Below, piece by piece: positions 14,546 to 27,500 of a stretch of DNA of 64,000 nucleotides (positions are counted from its first letter, which is position 1; each line of letters starts with the position of its first letter). This stretch comes from the human T2T-CHM13v2.0 reference genome, Homo sapiens. Under the pieces are notes generated by a model. It was not told the origin of the DNA, did not search any database, and was given only the letters and a program-made list of their open reading frames with translations. The stretch lies in assembly GCF_009914755.1 (NCBI RefSeq), contig NC_060930.1. The stretch is one strand, 5' to 3'. Made by a program: the position numbers and the translations under genes.

Positions 14546-15064
14546 GTATATTATAAATTATATATAATATATTCTATTTCAACATTAACAAAATAATAAA
14601 TAAATATGTAAAATTTCAAAATTAAAGTCAAACTACAAAAAGAGATATTAATTTTAATTATTTCAATGACCACAGATTCTAAGCTTTTCAAAGGAGATCA
14701 CAATCTTTCTGTTATTTTCTTCCTGGCATTAGTTTTTTTTTTTTTTTTTGGTTTTTAATTTTTTTTTATCAGTTACACATATTTCTAGGAAGTGTAGTAG
14801 CAAAAGGGCCCACAAAGATCCCTTCCAGAATCTGATTGAAATGGTTGAGGAGAAATTAGAAGTTAGAAGGTAGGGCAAAAAATTCATTGGTCTAAAAATT
14901 AAGAAACCATGCCAAATAGTTTATATATGTAAAGGAATTTCTGCCAGATAGTGAGAACTTCGTATGAAAAGTGACAGAAATCAGTGTACAACTCCATTTC
15001 CTGAGAGAGCACTGGTGTATTATGGAAGTTATATAAAAGAAGTACTGATAAATTTCTCCATCAT

Positions 15065-18000
15065 TTATTTTCTTTTTTATTTTCTTTATTTTTTCTTTTT
15101 TTCCTTTATTTTTTAAATTGACAAATACTATGTATTTATGGTATACAACACGATGTTTTGAAATAGCTATACATTGTGAAATAGCTAAATGGAGCTAATT
15201 AATAAATGCATTACCTCATATTCTTATCATTTTGTTTTAGTAGGAACACTTAAAATCTACTCTTTTAGTAATTTTGAAGCATATAATACATTGTTCTTAA
15301 CTGTAGTCACTATGCTGTACAATAAGTCTTTAAGATTATTCCTCTGTCTAACTAAAATGTTGTACCCTTTGACCAACATCTCCTCAGTCGTTCTGGAACA
15401 TCCAGTGCCTAGTAGACACCATTCTACTCTCTGCTTCTATGAGTTCAATTTTTTAGGTTCCACAAATAAGGGAAATCATCCTGTATTTGTCTTTCTGTGC
15501 CTGGCTTACCTCACTTAACATAATGTCATTCAGGTTCATCCATGTTGTTATGAATGAACAGGACTTCCTTCTTTTTAAAGCTGAATATTAATCCAATGTT
15601 CATATATACCACATTTCATTTTTTCGTTCATCTGTTGATGTATACTTAAGTTGATTCTTTATTAAACTATTGTAAATAATGCTGCAATGAACATGGGAGT
15701 GCAGATATCTCTTCAACATACTGATTTCATTTCCTTTGGATATATATCCAGAAGTAGTATTGCTAGATCATATATGGTACTTCTATTTTTAATTGTTTAA
15801 TGAATCTCCATATTATTTTCTATAATGGCTATACTAATTTGTATTACCACAAACGTACAAGAGCCCCCTCTTCTCCACATTCTCACCAACACTTGTTATC
15901 TCTTCTCTTTTTGATAATAGCCATCCCAACAGATGTGAAGTGATACCTATTGTGGTATAACTTGCATTATCCTCATGATTAGTGATATTTTTTTATATAC
16001 CTGTTGTCCATTTGTATGGTTTCCTTGTGAAATCTCCATTCAAGTCATTTTCCCAGTTCAATATGGTTATTTGTTGTTGTTGTTGTTGTTTTTGCTATTG
16101 AATGGAGATCCTTATATATTTTGGATATTAACCCCTCATATGGTTTTGCTGTGTCCCCACCCAAATCTCATCTTGAATACCCATTGTGGGAGGGACCCGG
16201 TGGGAGGTGATTGAATCATGGGGGCGGGCCTTTCCTGTGCTGTTCTCATGAGAGTGAATAAGTATCACAAGATCTGATGGTTTTAAAAATGGGAGTTTCC
16301 CTTCACAAGCACACTCTCTTTACTTGCTGGCATCCATGTAAGACGTGACTTGCTCCTCCTTGCCTTCTGCAATTATTGTGAGGTTTCCCCAGCCAGGTGG
16401 AACTGTGAGTCCATTAAACCTCTTTTTCTTCCTGGTCTTGGGTATGTCTTTATCAGCAGCATGAAAATGGATTAATACAGTAAATTGGTACCAGTAGAGT
16501 GGGGCATTGCTGAAAAGATACCCGAAAATGTGGAAGCAACTTTGGAACTGGGTAACAGGCATAGGTTGAACAGTTTGGAGGGCTCAGAAAAAGATAGAAA
16601 AATGTGGGGAAAATTTGGAACTTCCTAGAGACTTGTTGAATGGCTTTGACAAAAATACTGATAGTGATATGAACAATAAGGTCCAGGCTGAGGTGGTCTC
16701 AGCTGGAAATGAGGATCTTGGGAGCTGGAGCAAAGGTGACTCTTGTTATGTTTCAGCAGAGACTGGAGGCATTTTGCCCCTGCCACAAAGACTTGTGAAA
16801 GTTTGAACTTGAGAGAGATGATTTAGGGTATCTGGTCGAAGAAATTTCTAAGCAGCAAAGCATTCAAGAGGTGACTTGAGTGCTGTTAAAGGCATTCAGT
16901 TTTAAAAGTGAAGCAAAGCATAAAAGTTTGGAAAATTTGCAGCATGACAATGCAATAGGAAAGAAAATCCCATTTTCTGAGGAGAAATTCAAGCTGGCTG
17001 CAGATATGTACATAAGTAACAAGGAGCTGAATGTTAATCCCAAAGACAATGGGGAAAATGTCTCCAGGGCATGTCAGAGACCTTTGCAGAAGCTGGTCCC
17101 ATCACAGGCCCAGAGGTTTAGTAAGAAAAAATAGTTTCATGGGCCAGGGCTAGGGTCCCTCTACTGTGTGTAGTCTACGGACTTGGTGCTCTCTGTCCCA
17201 GCTGCTCCAGCTGTGACTAAAAGGGGCCAAGGTACGGCTCTGGCTGTTGCCTCAGAGGGTGAAGGCCCCAAGCCTTGGCAGTTTCCACATGGCATTGAGC
17301 CTGCAGGTGCACAGAAGTCAAGAATTTAGGTTTGGAAATCTTCGCCTAGATTTCAGAAAATGAATGGAAACACCTGGATGCCCAGGCAGAATTTTGCTGC
17401 AGGGGTGGGGCCTTCATGGAGAACTTCTGCCAGGGCACTGCAGAAGGCAAATGTGTAGTGTAACCCCCACACAGAGTTCCTACTGGGGCACTGCCTAGTG
17501 CAGCTGTGAGGAAATGGCCACTCTCCTCCAGACCCCAGAATGTTAGATCCACTGACAGCTTGCATCATGTGCCTGGAAAAGCTGCAGACATTCATTGCCA
17601 GCCCATGAAAGCAGCTGGGAGGGGGGTTATACCCTGCAAAGCTACAGGGGTAGAGCTGCCCAAGACTGTGGGAGCCCACCTTTTGCATCAATGTGACCTG
17701 GATGTGAGACATGGTGTCAAAGGAGACCATTTTGGAGCTTTAATGTTTGACTGCCCCACTGGATTTTGGACTTGCATGGGGCCTGTAGCCCCTTTGTTTT
17801 GGCCAATCAATTTCTCCCATTTGGAATGGTTGTATTTACCCAATGCCTGTGCCCACATTGTATCTAGGAAGCAACTAACTTGCTTTTGATTTTACAGGCT
17901 TACAGGCAGAAAGTACTTGCCTTATCTTGGATGAGCCTTTGGACTGTGGACTTTTGAGTTAATGCTGAAATGAGGCATGAGTGCTTTTGAAATGTGAGGC

Positions 18001-18795
18001 CATAAGATTTGAGAGGGGTCAGGGGTGGAATGATATGTGTCCCCACCCAAATATCATCTTGAATTCCCATGTGTTGTGGGAGGGACCCAGTGGGAGGTGA
18101 TTGAATCATGGGGGCAGGTATTTCCTGTGCTGTTGTTGTGATAGTGAATAAGTCTCATGAGATCTGATGGTTTTTAAAAGCAGGAGCTTCCCTGCACAAG
18201 CTCTCCCTCTTTGCCTGCCACCATCCATGTAATATATGACTTGTTCCTCCTTGCCTTCTGCCATGATTGTGGAACTGCGAGTCCATTAAATGTCTTTTTC
18301 TTCCCAATCACAAGTATGTCTTTATCAGCAGCATGAAAATGGACTAATACAACCCCTTATCAGATGTAAGGTTTGTGAATATTTTCTCCTATTTTATAGG
18401 TTGACTCTCTGCTTTGTTGATTACTTCCTTTGCTATGTAGAAGCTTTGTAGTTTGATGCAATCCTATTTGTCTATTTTTGCTTTTGTTGCCTGTGCTTTG
18501 GGATCATGTCCAGAAAATCATTGCCTAGACCAAGACCATGGAGCCTTTTCCCCTATGTTTTCTTCTAGTAGTCTTACATTTTCAGATCTTATGTTTAAGT
18601 ATTTAATTCATTTTGAATTGATTTTTATATATGGTGTGAGATAAGTATCCAATTTCATTCTTCTGCATGTAGACATCCAATTTTCTTAACATCACTTATT
18701 GAAGAGACTAGAGACTGTCCTTTCCCCATTGTGTGTTCTTTGCACTTTTATAAAAAATCAATTGACTGTATATGGGTGGATTTGTTTCTGGACCA
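15065..18795 (-). mobile_element. Old L1 3' region (L1MA-like), split by a THE1 provirus
   Basis: T-rich start, then ttgacaaata...atggtatacaacacgatgttttga. The host reads ttggatattaacccc, is interrupted, and resumes ttatcagatg. Confidence 0.85.
16136..18351 (+). mobile_element. Complete THE1 (THE1A/B-type) MaLR provirus: LTR 16136-16479, internal 16480-18030, LTR 18031-18351
   Basis: Both LTRs end tatcagcagcatgaaaatgga(c/t)taataca. The internal region starts gtaaattggtaccag and a purine tract precedes the 3' LTR. Perfect 5-bp TSD acccc (16131-16135, 18352-18356). Confidence 0.95.
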
Positions 18796-19234
18796 CCAAT
18801 GTATCCTAATTTAAAGTAGTGGAAGATGAAGATGAAGGCATTTGAAAGCCTTTTCTGATATCAAATTTGCTATACTCGTATTTCCTTTCTTGACTTTGAA
18901 AGACCTATAGCATTTAAGAGCAAGGATGCCATTCAATTCTCTCTCTTACATTGTCTGTGTTTCCCTTAATTTTCTACAAAGTTCAAAGAAGGTGTTACCA
19001 AAAATGTTCTTATCTGTTCTGGGGTATGCTATCAAAATATCCTATCTCCTCATCTAATTTTGTATGCTTTATGTATTTTCTTATTTTTTAGAAAAATTTT
19101 ATAAGCCCCACATTTATTGCTTTTTTTTCTTTTTATGTTTGAATAGATTCAATCCATGTAGGCATACTGAGTGCCAAGACTTAATACTAGAAGAATCTTC
19201 TTGGGAGACCAGTGGTCTCTAGCTGTGGTGCTAC

Positions 19235-19985
19235 ATTAAAGATAGAAATTACAGCAGATCCTTTGTCAGAAACTACTCAAACCAAGAAGTCAAAGGAGTG
19301 GCATTCTTAAAGTGCTGAAAGCAAACAAAACAAAACAACCTGTGAACTCAGGATTCTATGAGCAGCGAAAATATTTTTCAAAATGAAGGAGAAATAAAGC
19401 CTTCTCTAGACAAACAAAAATTAAGAATTATTAACTGTAAAACCCTCTACAAATTTTTAAACAAAAGTTTTTAGACAGAAGCAATGATACCACACAGAAA
19501 AATTAAGTATAATAAGTTCTCATTTAACATCTTGGATAAGTACGTGGAAACCAAGACTTTATGTGAAATGATGGACAGTAGGTCCTAGAATAATGTCATT
19601 TAGTTCAATGCTATTTCTTTATTATGTTGATAAGAAAAAAGCTGGTTTTGTTTTATGTCATTTTACTTAAAGTTGCAGTTTCCAAGAATCTATTGATGAT
19701 GTGAAGTGAGGACTTACAGTATACACAAAGAAGTGAAGATCTCTGGAAATGGCTAAAATAAAGGTAATTATAATAGGAATTTTTTATTATTTTTGATTAC
19801 TCTAAAACAAAATTATGTTTCTATTACAAAATTAGTAGTAATATATTTTGTATTTGTAGCATGTATACAGGTAAAATGTATAACAACAATAGCATTAAAA
19901 TCAGGAGAGAGGAATGGGGATTTTACCCCAGGAGAGTAGGTAAGGTTCTTACTTTTCACCTGAAGTGCTATGATATTTGATACTG
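19235..19985 (+). mobile_element. Old L1M ORF1-end / inter-ORF fragment
   Basis: ttcttaaagtgctgaaag...aaaatgaaggagaaataaag...agacaaacaaaaattaag resembles the L1 ORF1 C-terminus and the sequence at 61.55-61.65 kb. Confidence 0.6.
19510..19719. mobile_element. MER6B-like Tigger MITE
   Basis: TIR-like ends taataagttctcatttaacatc and gatgtgaagtgaggacttacag, flanked by TA on both sides; ~210 bp. Confidence 0.7.
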
Positions 19986-20677
19986 GTTTTGGAGCTAGAT
20001 GACATGAATTCATTCAGAATTTTGAAAGAGTGAAGGAACTGGAATGTTTGGGATTATAAATGCCATCAAATATATTATACTGGGAGTATTTCTGTCTCAC
20101 CATAAAGCTACAATCATTCACTTTGGAAAGCAAAGAAACCGACAGACAAATTAAGGTTAATCATTGTCTATTGTGGTAAACAATGCTAAATTTTAGCAAT
20201 GATAGTAAATTATCCTAGAGGATATTTAAGTTTAGGCTTATCATCAGAGCTTTAAATTTTTGATCATGTTCCATGTCTTCTTAGTGATTTTACAAAGTTC
20301 TCCAGAAGAAATAAACCTACTAAATTTTATCAGGAAAGCAATAACAAACTATTACAAAATGTAATGAAATTAGTACCTAAAAAAGTCAGATATAATTTGT
20401 ATGAAACAAAACCACAAGAGGAGAAAAACAACAAAAGGAGAACTACAAAGCTGAGAAAGACATGAGTAATTATGGTGAATTCTCCATATCATTAAAATGA
20501 TTTATCAACTCTATCAGTTCAAGGCACACTAAGTTTGGAATGAAATTGACAAAATTTGCTTAATTAGCTGTACTACTACAGGCCTATCCCTTAGTATGTC
20601 ATTCATTGAACAAATGAACCTTAAATGAATGACCAATTCAACATTGGCCATTGACATTGAAGCTTCAGAGAGGATGC

Positions 20678-20906
20678 CAGGGTCACACTGAGCCATAGCT
20701 TAAGGCAAAAGAAAAATTCATTGACACTGATGTACCTTTATTTAAAATTATGATGTTTTAATTCATTATGGATTTTCTAAGTTAATTTTTATTTTTACAA
20801 ATATTACACTGTATATTTTTATCTTGATTACTGAGTTTCGCAGCGCCTCCTTAAATTTTGTGTCCAAGACATGTTCCTCACTCATCTCACCCTAGTCTTG
20901 GCCATA
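20678..20906 (-). mobile_element. MER96B-like hAT element, same family as 4187-4546
   Basis: tcttgattactgagttt...ccttaaattttg...ctcatctcaccctagtc is a diverged reverse complement of the start of the 4187 element. Confidence 0.7.
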
Positions 20907-21779
20907 AAGAATGATACCCAGGGTATTTCTACTGCTAAAACCTTTGCTCTGTGTGGTGTTCTAATTGTAAGACAAAACAAAACAAAACAAAAGTCAATAT
21001 GTGAAGAATAAGAATCTAAGTCATATCTACTTTGTATTCAATTAACAGTATGAACCTTCACATCCTGGAAATATAGTGGTTAGAAAGCATTTGAGTTATG
21101 ACCTTTGTTTTATGACAAAAGAGCAGAACATTTCCTCCCATGAATAACATAAGGGAATGAGACCAATTAGCCGTTTAGGGTTATGCATTTCCGTGTTCTC
21201 AGAGAACAGAGGTCATTTACTGAAAATCAGTCAGAGTCAAGTTTTTAACTCTCCTCTCCGTGCTACTAATGCCCTCGGGACAAAAAAGCTGGAAGATTGC
21301 CAATCCAGTACATTTTTTATTGTCTAAGGGACATTGGAAGAGAATCCATCAGTGACTTGAGAGACACAGGCCCCAGCCAAATGAGGATAGCACGAGTGAG
21401 AGAAAAATTCATGAATAGGGAGCAAAGATCTTTTCATAGCTCTTTAACTGTGTCTGTTTTATAAAATTTAAATTTGTTCATTTTGTAATAGAGTTGTGAG
21501 AACATGTATTTGTCTCCCTTGATAAAACCTCTGACTCATCTTTATCATCCACAGCACTATAATTAAGAAGTGGGTTTTCAATAACTATTAGATAATTAAG
21601 AATTAATTAATAAAGGAATTTCTAATTTATCCTAAACTCACAAAACATATTTTAGGAAAACATTTTTACAGAAGAGTATTACATCATACATTCTAATTGA
21701 TCTCAAATTAGTGCACCATTAACTTTGTCCATTAGGATGAGAAATTAATACCTTATTAGCTCCAGATGAGCCTTAAATA

Positions 21780-22110
21780 CAGTCATGCACTGCAAAATAT
21801 TTCAGTCAGTTACAGACCACATATGTCAAAGTGGTCCTATAAGATTATACAATATTTTTACTTTACCTTTTCTATGTTTACATACACAAATACTTAGCAT
21901 TGTGCTTCTGTTGCCTGCAGTATTCAGTACAATAACATGCTGTACAGGTTCATAGCTTAGGAACAATAGGCTATACCATACAGCCTCTGTGTGTAGTAGG
22001 CTACATTATCTAGGTTTATGTAAATACACTCTATAATATTCACACAAGGACAAAATCGCCTAATGATGCATTTCCCGAATGTATCCCCATTGTTAAGTGA
22101 TGCATGACTG
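21780..22110. mobile_element. Tigger3a (MER7A)-like MITE
   Basis: ta|cagtcatgca...tgcatgactg|ta TIRs with TA TSD. Confidence 0.85.
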
Positions 22111-24129
22111 TATATCTAAATCACAGCTGATATCTAGAACATATTACTGCGTGAAAGAAGTCATTCAATTACACTCTACTGTGTGACATGTTCAACTGTG
22201 CCAAGTTAGGTCTGCTTTTCTATTTTGATTCAGAAGAAAAAAGAAAGAAAAACATGAGGGGACACATATTCCAGTAGAGGTTCACCATCTCAAATATAAA
22301 AAAGCAAATGCTGGAGAAAGTGAGGAGAAATAAAGAGAGGTAAGAATTAGTCAATTTGAGAAATTCCAGGACAAACATACTTGAAATTGTAAAAAACATT
22401 ATTACTTAATGACACATTTGGTAGGGCTGCCTGAAAACTTGGAAAAAGGCTTCTGAACAGATCAAGTTTTAGGGAGGAAGCTATCATTCATCAAGTTATG
22501 AATAAAAGGATATATTAAACATGGAGTTTTTCATCAGTAAAAAACTCCAATTACAATGGACAAATATATTCTGTAACAGAGTTTGCCAAAGATATAACTG
22601 TTGCCCCCTACATATTGTCAAACTCATTTTTCATCAGTGGCAAAATTTTAATTGACTTTAATAATGTTTATTGTTATTTGTTTCTTAATTATCCTTTTCC
22701 ATTTAGTTTTTGCTTGTTTTTATATCTTAAAATTGTTCCCTTTGTCACATGGTTTGTGCTTTAAAGTTCCTCTGCTAATTTATTTTTCTACAGTTACATA
22801 CTAGTTAACCACATTGGATTCTATCCTTTGTTTATATTTTTACAACATAAATTTAATTCTAGTTTCTCTCACTGGATCAAAACTATTCCCTTTTTTACTA
22901 AAGTATTATTTCTGGGCATATTTACATTCTAATTCCTTAGGGTTCCTCTTATTTTACTCAAATAAATGTTTGCCACATTCAAAAATTAACCTACTATATT
23001 ATTTTCATAAAGTTGAACAGTTTTACACATAATTTTAAAATACTTGTTTCTAATTTGGCTCTTATTATTTTAAGAATTTAGGCACTTTAACTTATTTGGT
23101 CATAAGTGATCATTTTCACATTGAAATCCACTAACATGAAAAATAAAAACATACAAATGTCTTTTGCTGCGCATATGGTAACCTTTTCTAGTTTGAGAGT
23201 CCCACTTGTTAACTGGCTAGGACTGATATACCAAAATATGGTATAATATTTTGAGAAAGATTTTACCTTATGCATTTGAGCAATTTTCTTTCTTTGCCTT
23301 GGGTGTTCATGTCTGTGTGTGTGTGATAGTGTGACAATGATTGAGATTGCTTTAGTATATGGAATTACATATTGCTATCTGTGAATATAGAAATTGTGTC
23401 CTTTGTCTCTACTACCCAAAAATTTTCAAGAGATACTAGAAATTTTATCATCTTCACATTTTATATAAACAAACCTGGCTTATTTAAAACAAACATAATT
23501 GAGCAGCATATTTTAGTCTTGGCACACGGCAGATGGTTAAGAGTTGTGTGGAGAATCAATAACCTATACCTCAACATGGCTGGCCTTCCATGCAGTGCTG
23601 ATGATGCTGTACCTTTCAGTGAACCAGCAAATGCAGTAACATGTTAAGCAGAGCTGTTTATTAGAAGGCAGTATGTGAGCAAAGTGCCAAAAAGGGGGAA
23701 CTGCTGACAGTGAAAGCAAAGACTTTCTATATCCCCAAGTCTCTCTTGATCAGTTGTTAGGCCTTTCTGGTCCTTAGTCTCCTTATCTGCAAACTGCAAA
23801 TGCTTGCCTGGATCTCTGGTGTTAAACTGTGTCTTGTGGCACCTTCAAAGTGAGTGAAGATGCCTTAAGGGCTGCCTGACAGATGAGAGGAAGCCTCTTG
23901 AAATAAAACATTAGACATTCCTTGGGCAGATCGATTTGGTGTTATCTCTTTGCTGTTATCTACAGTGGATATTGGGACTTCATATAAGATTTTATTTGCA
24001 ACAACGCTTTGATAACTAACACATTTGAAAACTATCTAATGGTGTTTTCCATTTTAAAAGCCAGTTTTCTTATGGATTAAATATAATATGTAAGATATAA
24101 TGAATCATATATCTTTAATTGCACCTTTC

Positions 24130-24290
24130 AGCTTTTATAAGGTTGCCACATTCATCACCTCATTGAATCATGTGTTAGGACAAGTGTGATCCCCACTTTG
24201 CACAAGAGGCTCAGAGCCATCACATTATCTGTCCTGGTAACACCAGGACTAGAATCTAGTCTCCTCCTAGATCCACTCCACTCTACCATC
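24130..24290 (-). mobile_element. MIR relic
   Basis: cctcattgaatc...ccccactttgcaca...ggactagaatctag. Confidence 0.45.
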
Positions 24291-24429
24291 TCTCTTCCTT
24301 TTGTGTCAGATCCAATATGACAGCTGCCATTTTCCATTCTAATTTGGACTTACTCATCTAACAGAAAGATTTTGACTAATTCTTGTGGCACATCTAAACT
24401 CAGTGTATATAAATTGTTCATAGAGTTTT

Positions 24430-24550
24430 ATAAGAATTATATGAATAAAAGAATAAATGAAATTATATGAATAAATGAATCATATATCCTTTTATTCATA
24501 ACTTAATGAATAAATGAATTATATGAATAAATTATATGAATATATGATTT
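24430..24550. repeat. Degenerate AT-rich tandem repeat (aattatatgaata units)
   Basis: Several imperfect copies of ttatatgaata, with some inverted units. Confidence 0.75.
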
Positions 24551-27500
24551 TACCCCAAAAACATGTCTTTAACCTAGGCACGTATGATGGATAGATTTTC
24601 AGTTCTAAAGAAAGCTCTCTATTGCCTGTACAAATCGTAGCTGAGTGATATCCACAGGGCACTAAATGTTGTAACTAACCTTCATTTCCCTACATCCGCT
24701 AGATTTTAGCAATGGTGCCTAATAAGAGTTAGTTGTGTTTGTTCCCCAACTTGGTGTTGCCTCTTTTCTTGATGTTATAATTTATAATTATGCATTAATT
24801 ATGTATCATAAAAACCTATGATATATGGCTTTGAACGATTTTTTTTTTTGGTGAAGGGTTGAATGCCTTGTGAAGGTTTGATGAAAGCAAGTCACTTAGA
24901 AATGCTATCAGATTAAGTACAGGTAAGGAAACCATAAGAAAGAGCATTGCCCTTTAAAGTAATTATTTTGTTCAACCTATTTCACAATATGCTGAAAGAG
25001 CCTACTATATTGCTCAATATTTACTTTATAGATGCATTCAACTTTTACCCAAGTTCAATACCAGATCCTCAAAGGATTTATAGGTAGCATTTAAGGAATG
25101 AATCAGCTACTTGGATACCAGAAGGCCCTGAGAAGAACCAAGCCAGAATTAAAGAAGAATGTTTTCGTTAGCCTAATTACATATTTCAAAGGTCAAATGA
25201 TTGTATTTAATGTTGTTTATTGTCATCATAAACCTTGTCATCATCAACTTAAGGCTTGTAGGTCATACTGCCCAAACAGACAGACAAGCAGAGAAGTTAG
25301 CTGAACTAAAGGAACTGTGAGACTGGATGTTAAGTACTTATCTTGCAATCATGAAAATTGGCACAAGTCCAGAAAATAATTTGTGTTGCTCCAAAGTGAG
25401 ATGGAAATATATTCAACTTTTACAATATGTTTTAAGTTTCTGATGGTATTAATGTTGGTTTTTCCTTGTTCAAAGGAAGATGTTTATATTTCTGAGAATT
25501 AAAACATCAAAAGCAGCCATTAATGTGACGTTTCCTTAAATTCACAAAAGAAGAATCAAATAATGTTTATATGAGGGGGTACTGAAAAATGTGTACAAAG
25601 TATTCTTGGAGCACAAATGAGAGACTTCAACTCTTTCTCAAACATCAGTGATGATTTTACAGAGAAGACATTTGTGTTGCATTAAAAGAAGGAATTTACA
25701 AAGTAGAGAAGAGGTGAAAGCAAGAAGGGTGATGTGGAAGAGCCAACTGAGGAAGGACAGAGGTCTCAGCGTGGAAGGAGTACAGGAAATGATGAAGGTA
25801 AGGTTGAGAAAGAGATGGGGAAGGATAGATGGCTTTTCTAAGAAGTGGTTTTCATTTTTTTCCCAAGCTCATCTTGGAGTGGTTTTCATGTTCTCAGTCT
25901 AGGTATGAATGTGCAATCACTTAGAAACTACTTAAAAACTACACTCAGCTGAATGTTGGGAAAACAGTGTTCTATGTTGAGAGATAAAGGAAAAAGAAGA
26001 CAAGTGTCATTTCTCCATTGTTTATTCAGTGCCAGCCACAGAGTTAGACATTGTTTGTGGTTTCATTTAATTATTTAAAATCTTATGAGGCATTACTATT
26101 AATTTTTCTATTTTGAAGATAAGGCAACTGAGTCTTAAAAATGTTATGTGGCTTACTTCAAAATTCCCTAACCAATTAATGGCATAACAGGGACTCGTTC
26201 ACAGACTAACTTTGGAGCTGACTCTGTAAAGTAATAAGCCAGCTAGGCTGTCTCTCACTGACCTTCAGAGCATAAAGCCCAGGGCAGCAGCAGTTAAAGG
26301 AACCATTGTTATGAGCAAAACTCTTACAGAGCTGCATGGGAGCGAGAGGTTGGGGGTAGGCAGAATAAGGGGTGGCACAGATTTCACTGGGGCCCACATC
26401 AACATGGAACCAGGCTATGGTTTGTAAGGTCCCCAGAGAAGCCAAGTATAGGAAAGCAGCAGTGCTAGGTTCTTCTGTAGCACACACTCCAGTCAGAGGT
26501 CTGACTGACATCCCAGATGGCTGAGGAGGACTGGCTTTACTGGACTCAGTGATAGGTTGATTGGATACATTGCTCATTCAGGCTATATCAAAGGCCCAGG
26601 TACATGAATGACTCCAGTTGCAGGTCCTGCCCTTGCCTCTCTGCTTTGAATATACGGAGTATTTTGGACCCAACACAGCCACATGGGACATACCCCACTC
26701 ATCACCCCAGGTCAACTGACCTTTCCATACACAACAATTCCAGGTGCATGACTGCTGTAGCTGCACCCCAGGGATTTTCTTCCTCCTCTCACCCACCTTG
26801 CCTTGACTGCTGAAAAGAGGTGCAGGCAGGTACCATTCATAGCCCAGTGAACCATCTCTCTCCTATCAACCCAGGTGCCCAATTTCTTATGTATAAACAC
26901 TAATGTATATTTCCCTAAGGGTAAGATCAGAGAGTTTTATATATGATGACTTATTTGTGCCAGAGAATAAATGAGCAAGCATATGATCAGATCTAAGTTA
27001 TGCCTTAGTTCAAAAATGCTGACACACATGTGACAGGGAGATAGTAATTATATGTATGAATTATATCTGCTACTGATGATTTGTTTACTTAATGTTTCTT
27101 AAATTATCAGAATCTCTACAAGGAGTAACATTAACCATGTGGCATTTTTAAAACATAACAAGATATAAATAGATATATGAGAATTGCACATGTTCTGAAT
27201 TTGTCATAGGGACAAACTTAATTAAACTTTTAACCCTGTGTTTAGTCACAAACTATATGCTTCTCTCTCAAGCTTTATAATTGCACTCATTAAATGTATA
27301 TGCAATAAAATAAATGAATCAATAACAGGCATTATAATTATATTGGTAACTTTACAGTAATAATACAATAGTATTATTTAACTTTGCTATAATAAATACT
27401 GTTAGTTATGGGAATCTATGAGCGTTGTCTGAGGGAGTGACTTTCTAGTTTATATTTTAGAAAAATAGTTAAAATCTACAAAAGCAGTTGTAATTCTTTA

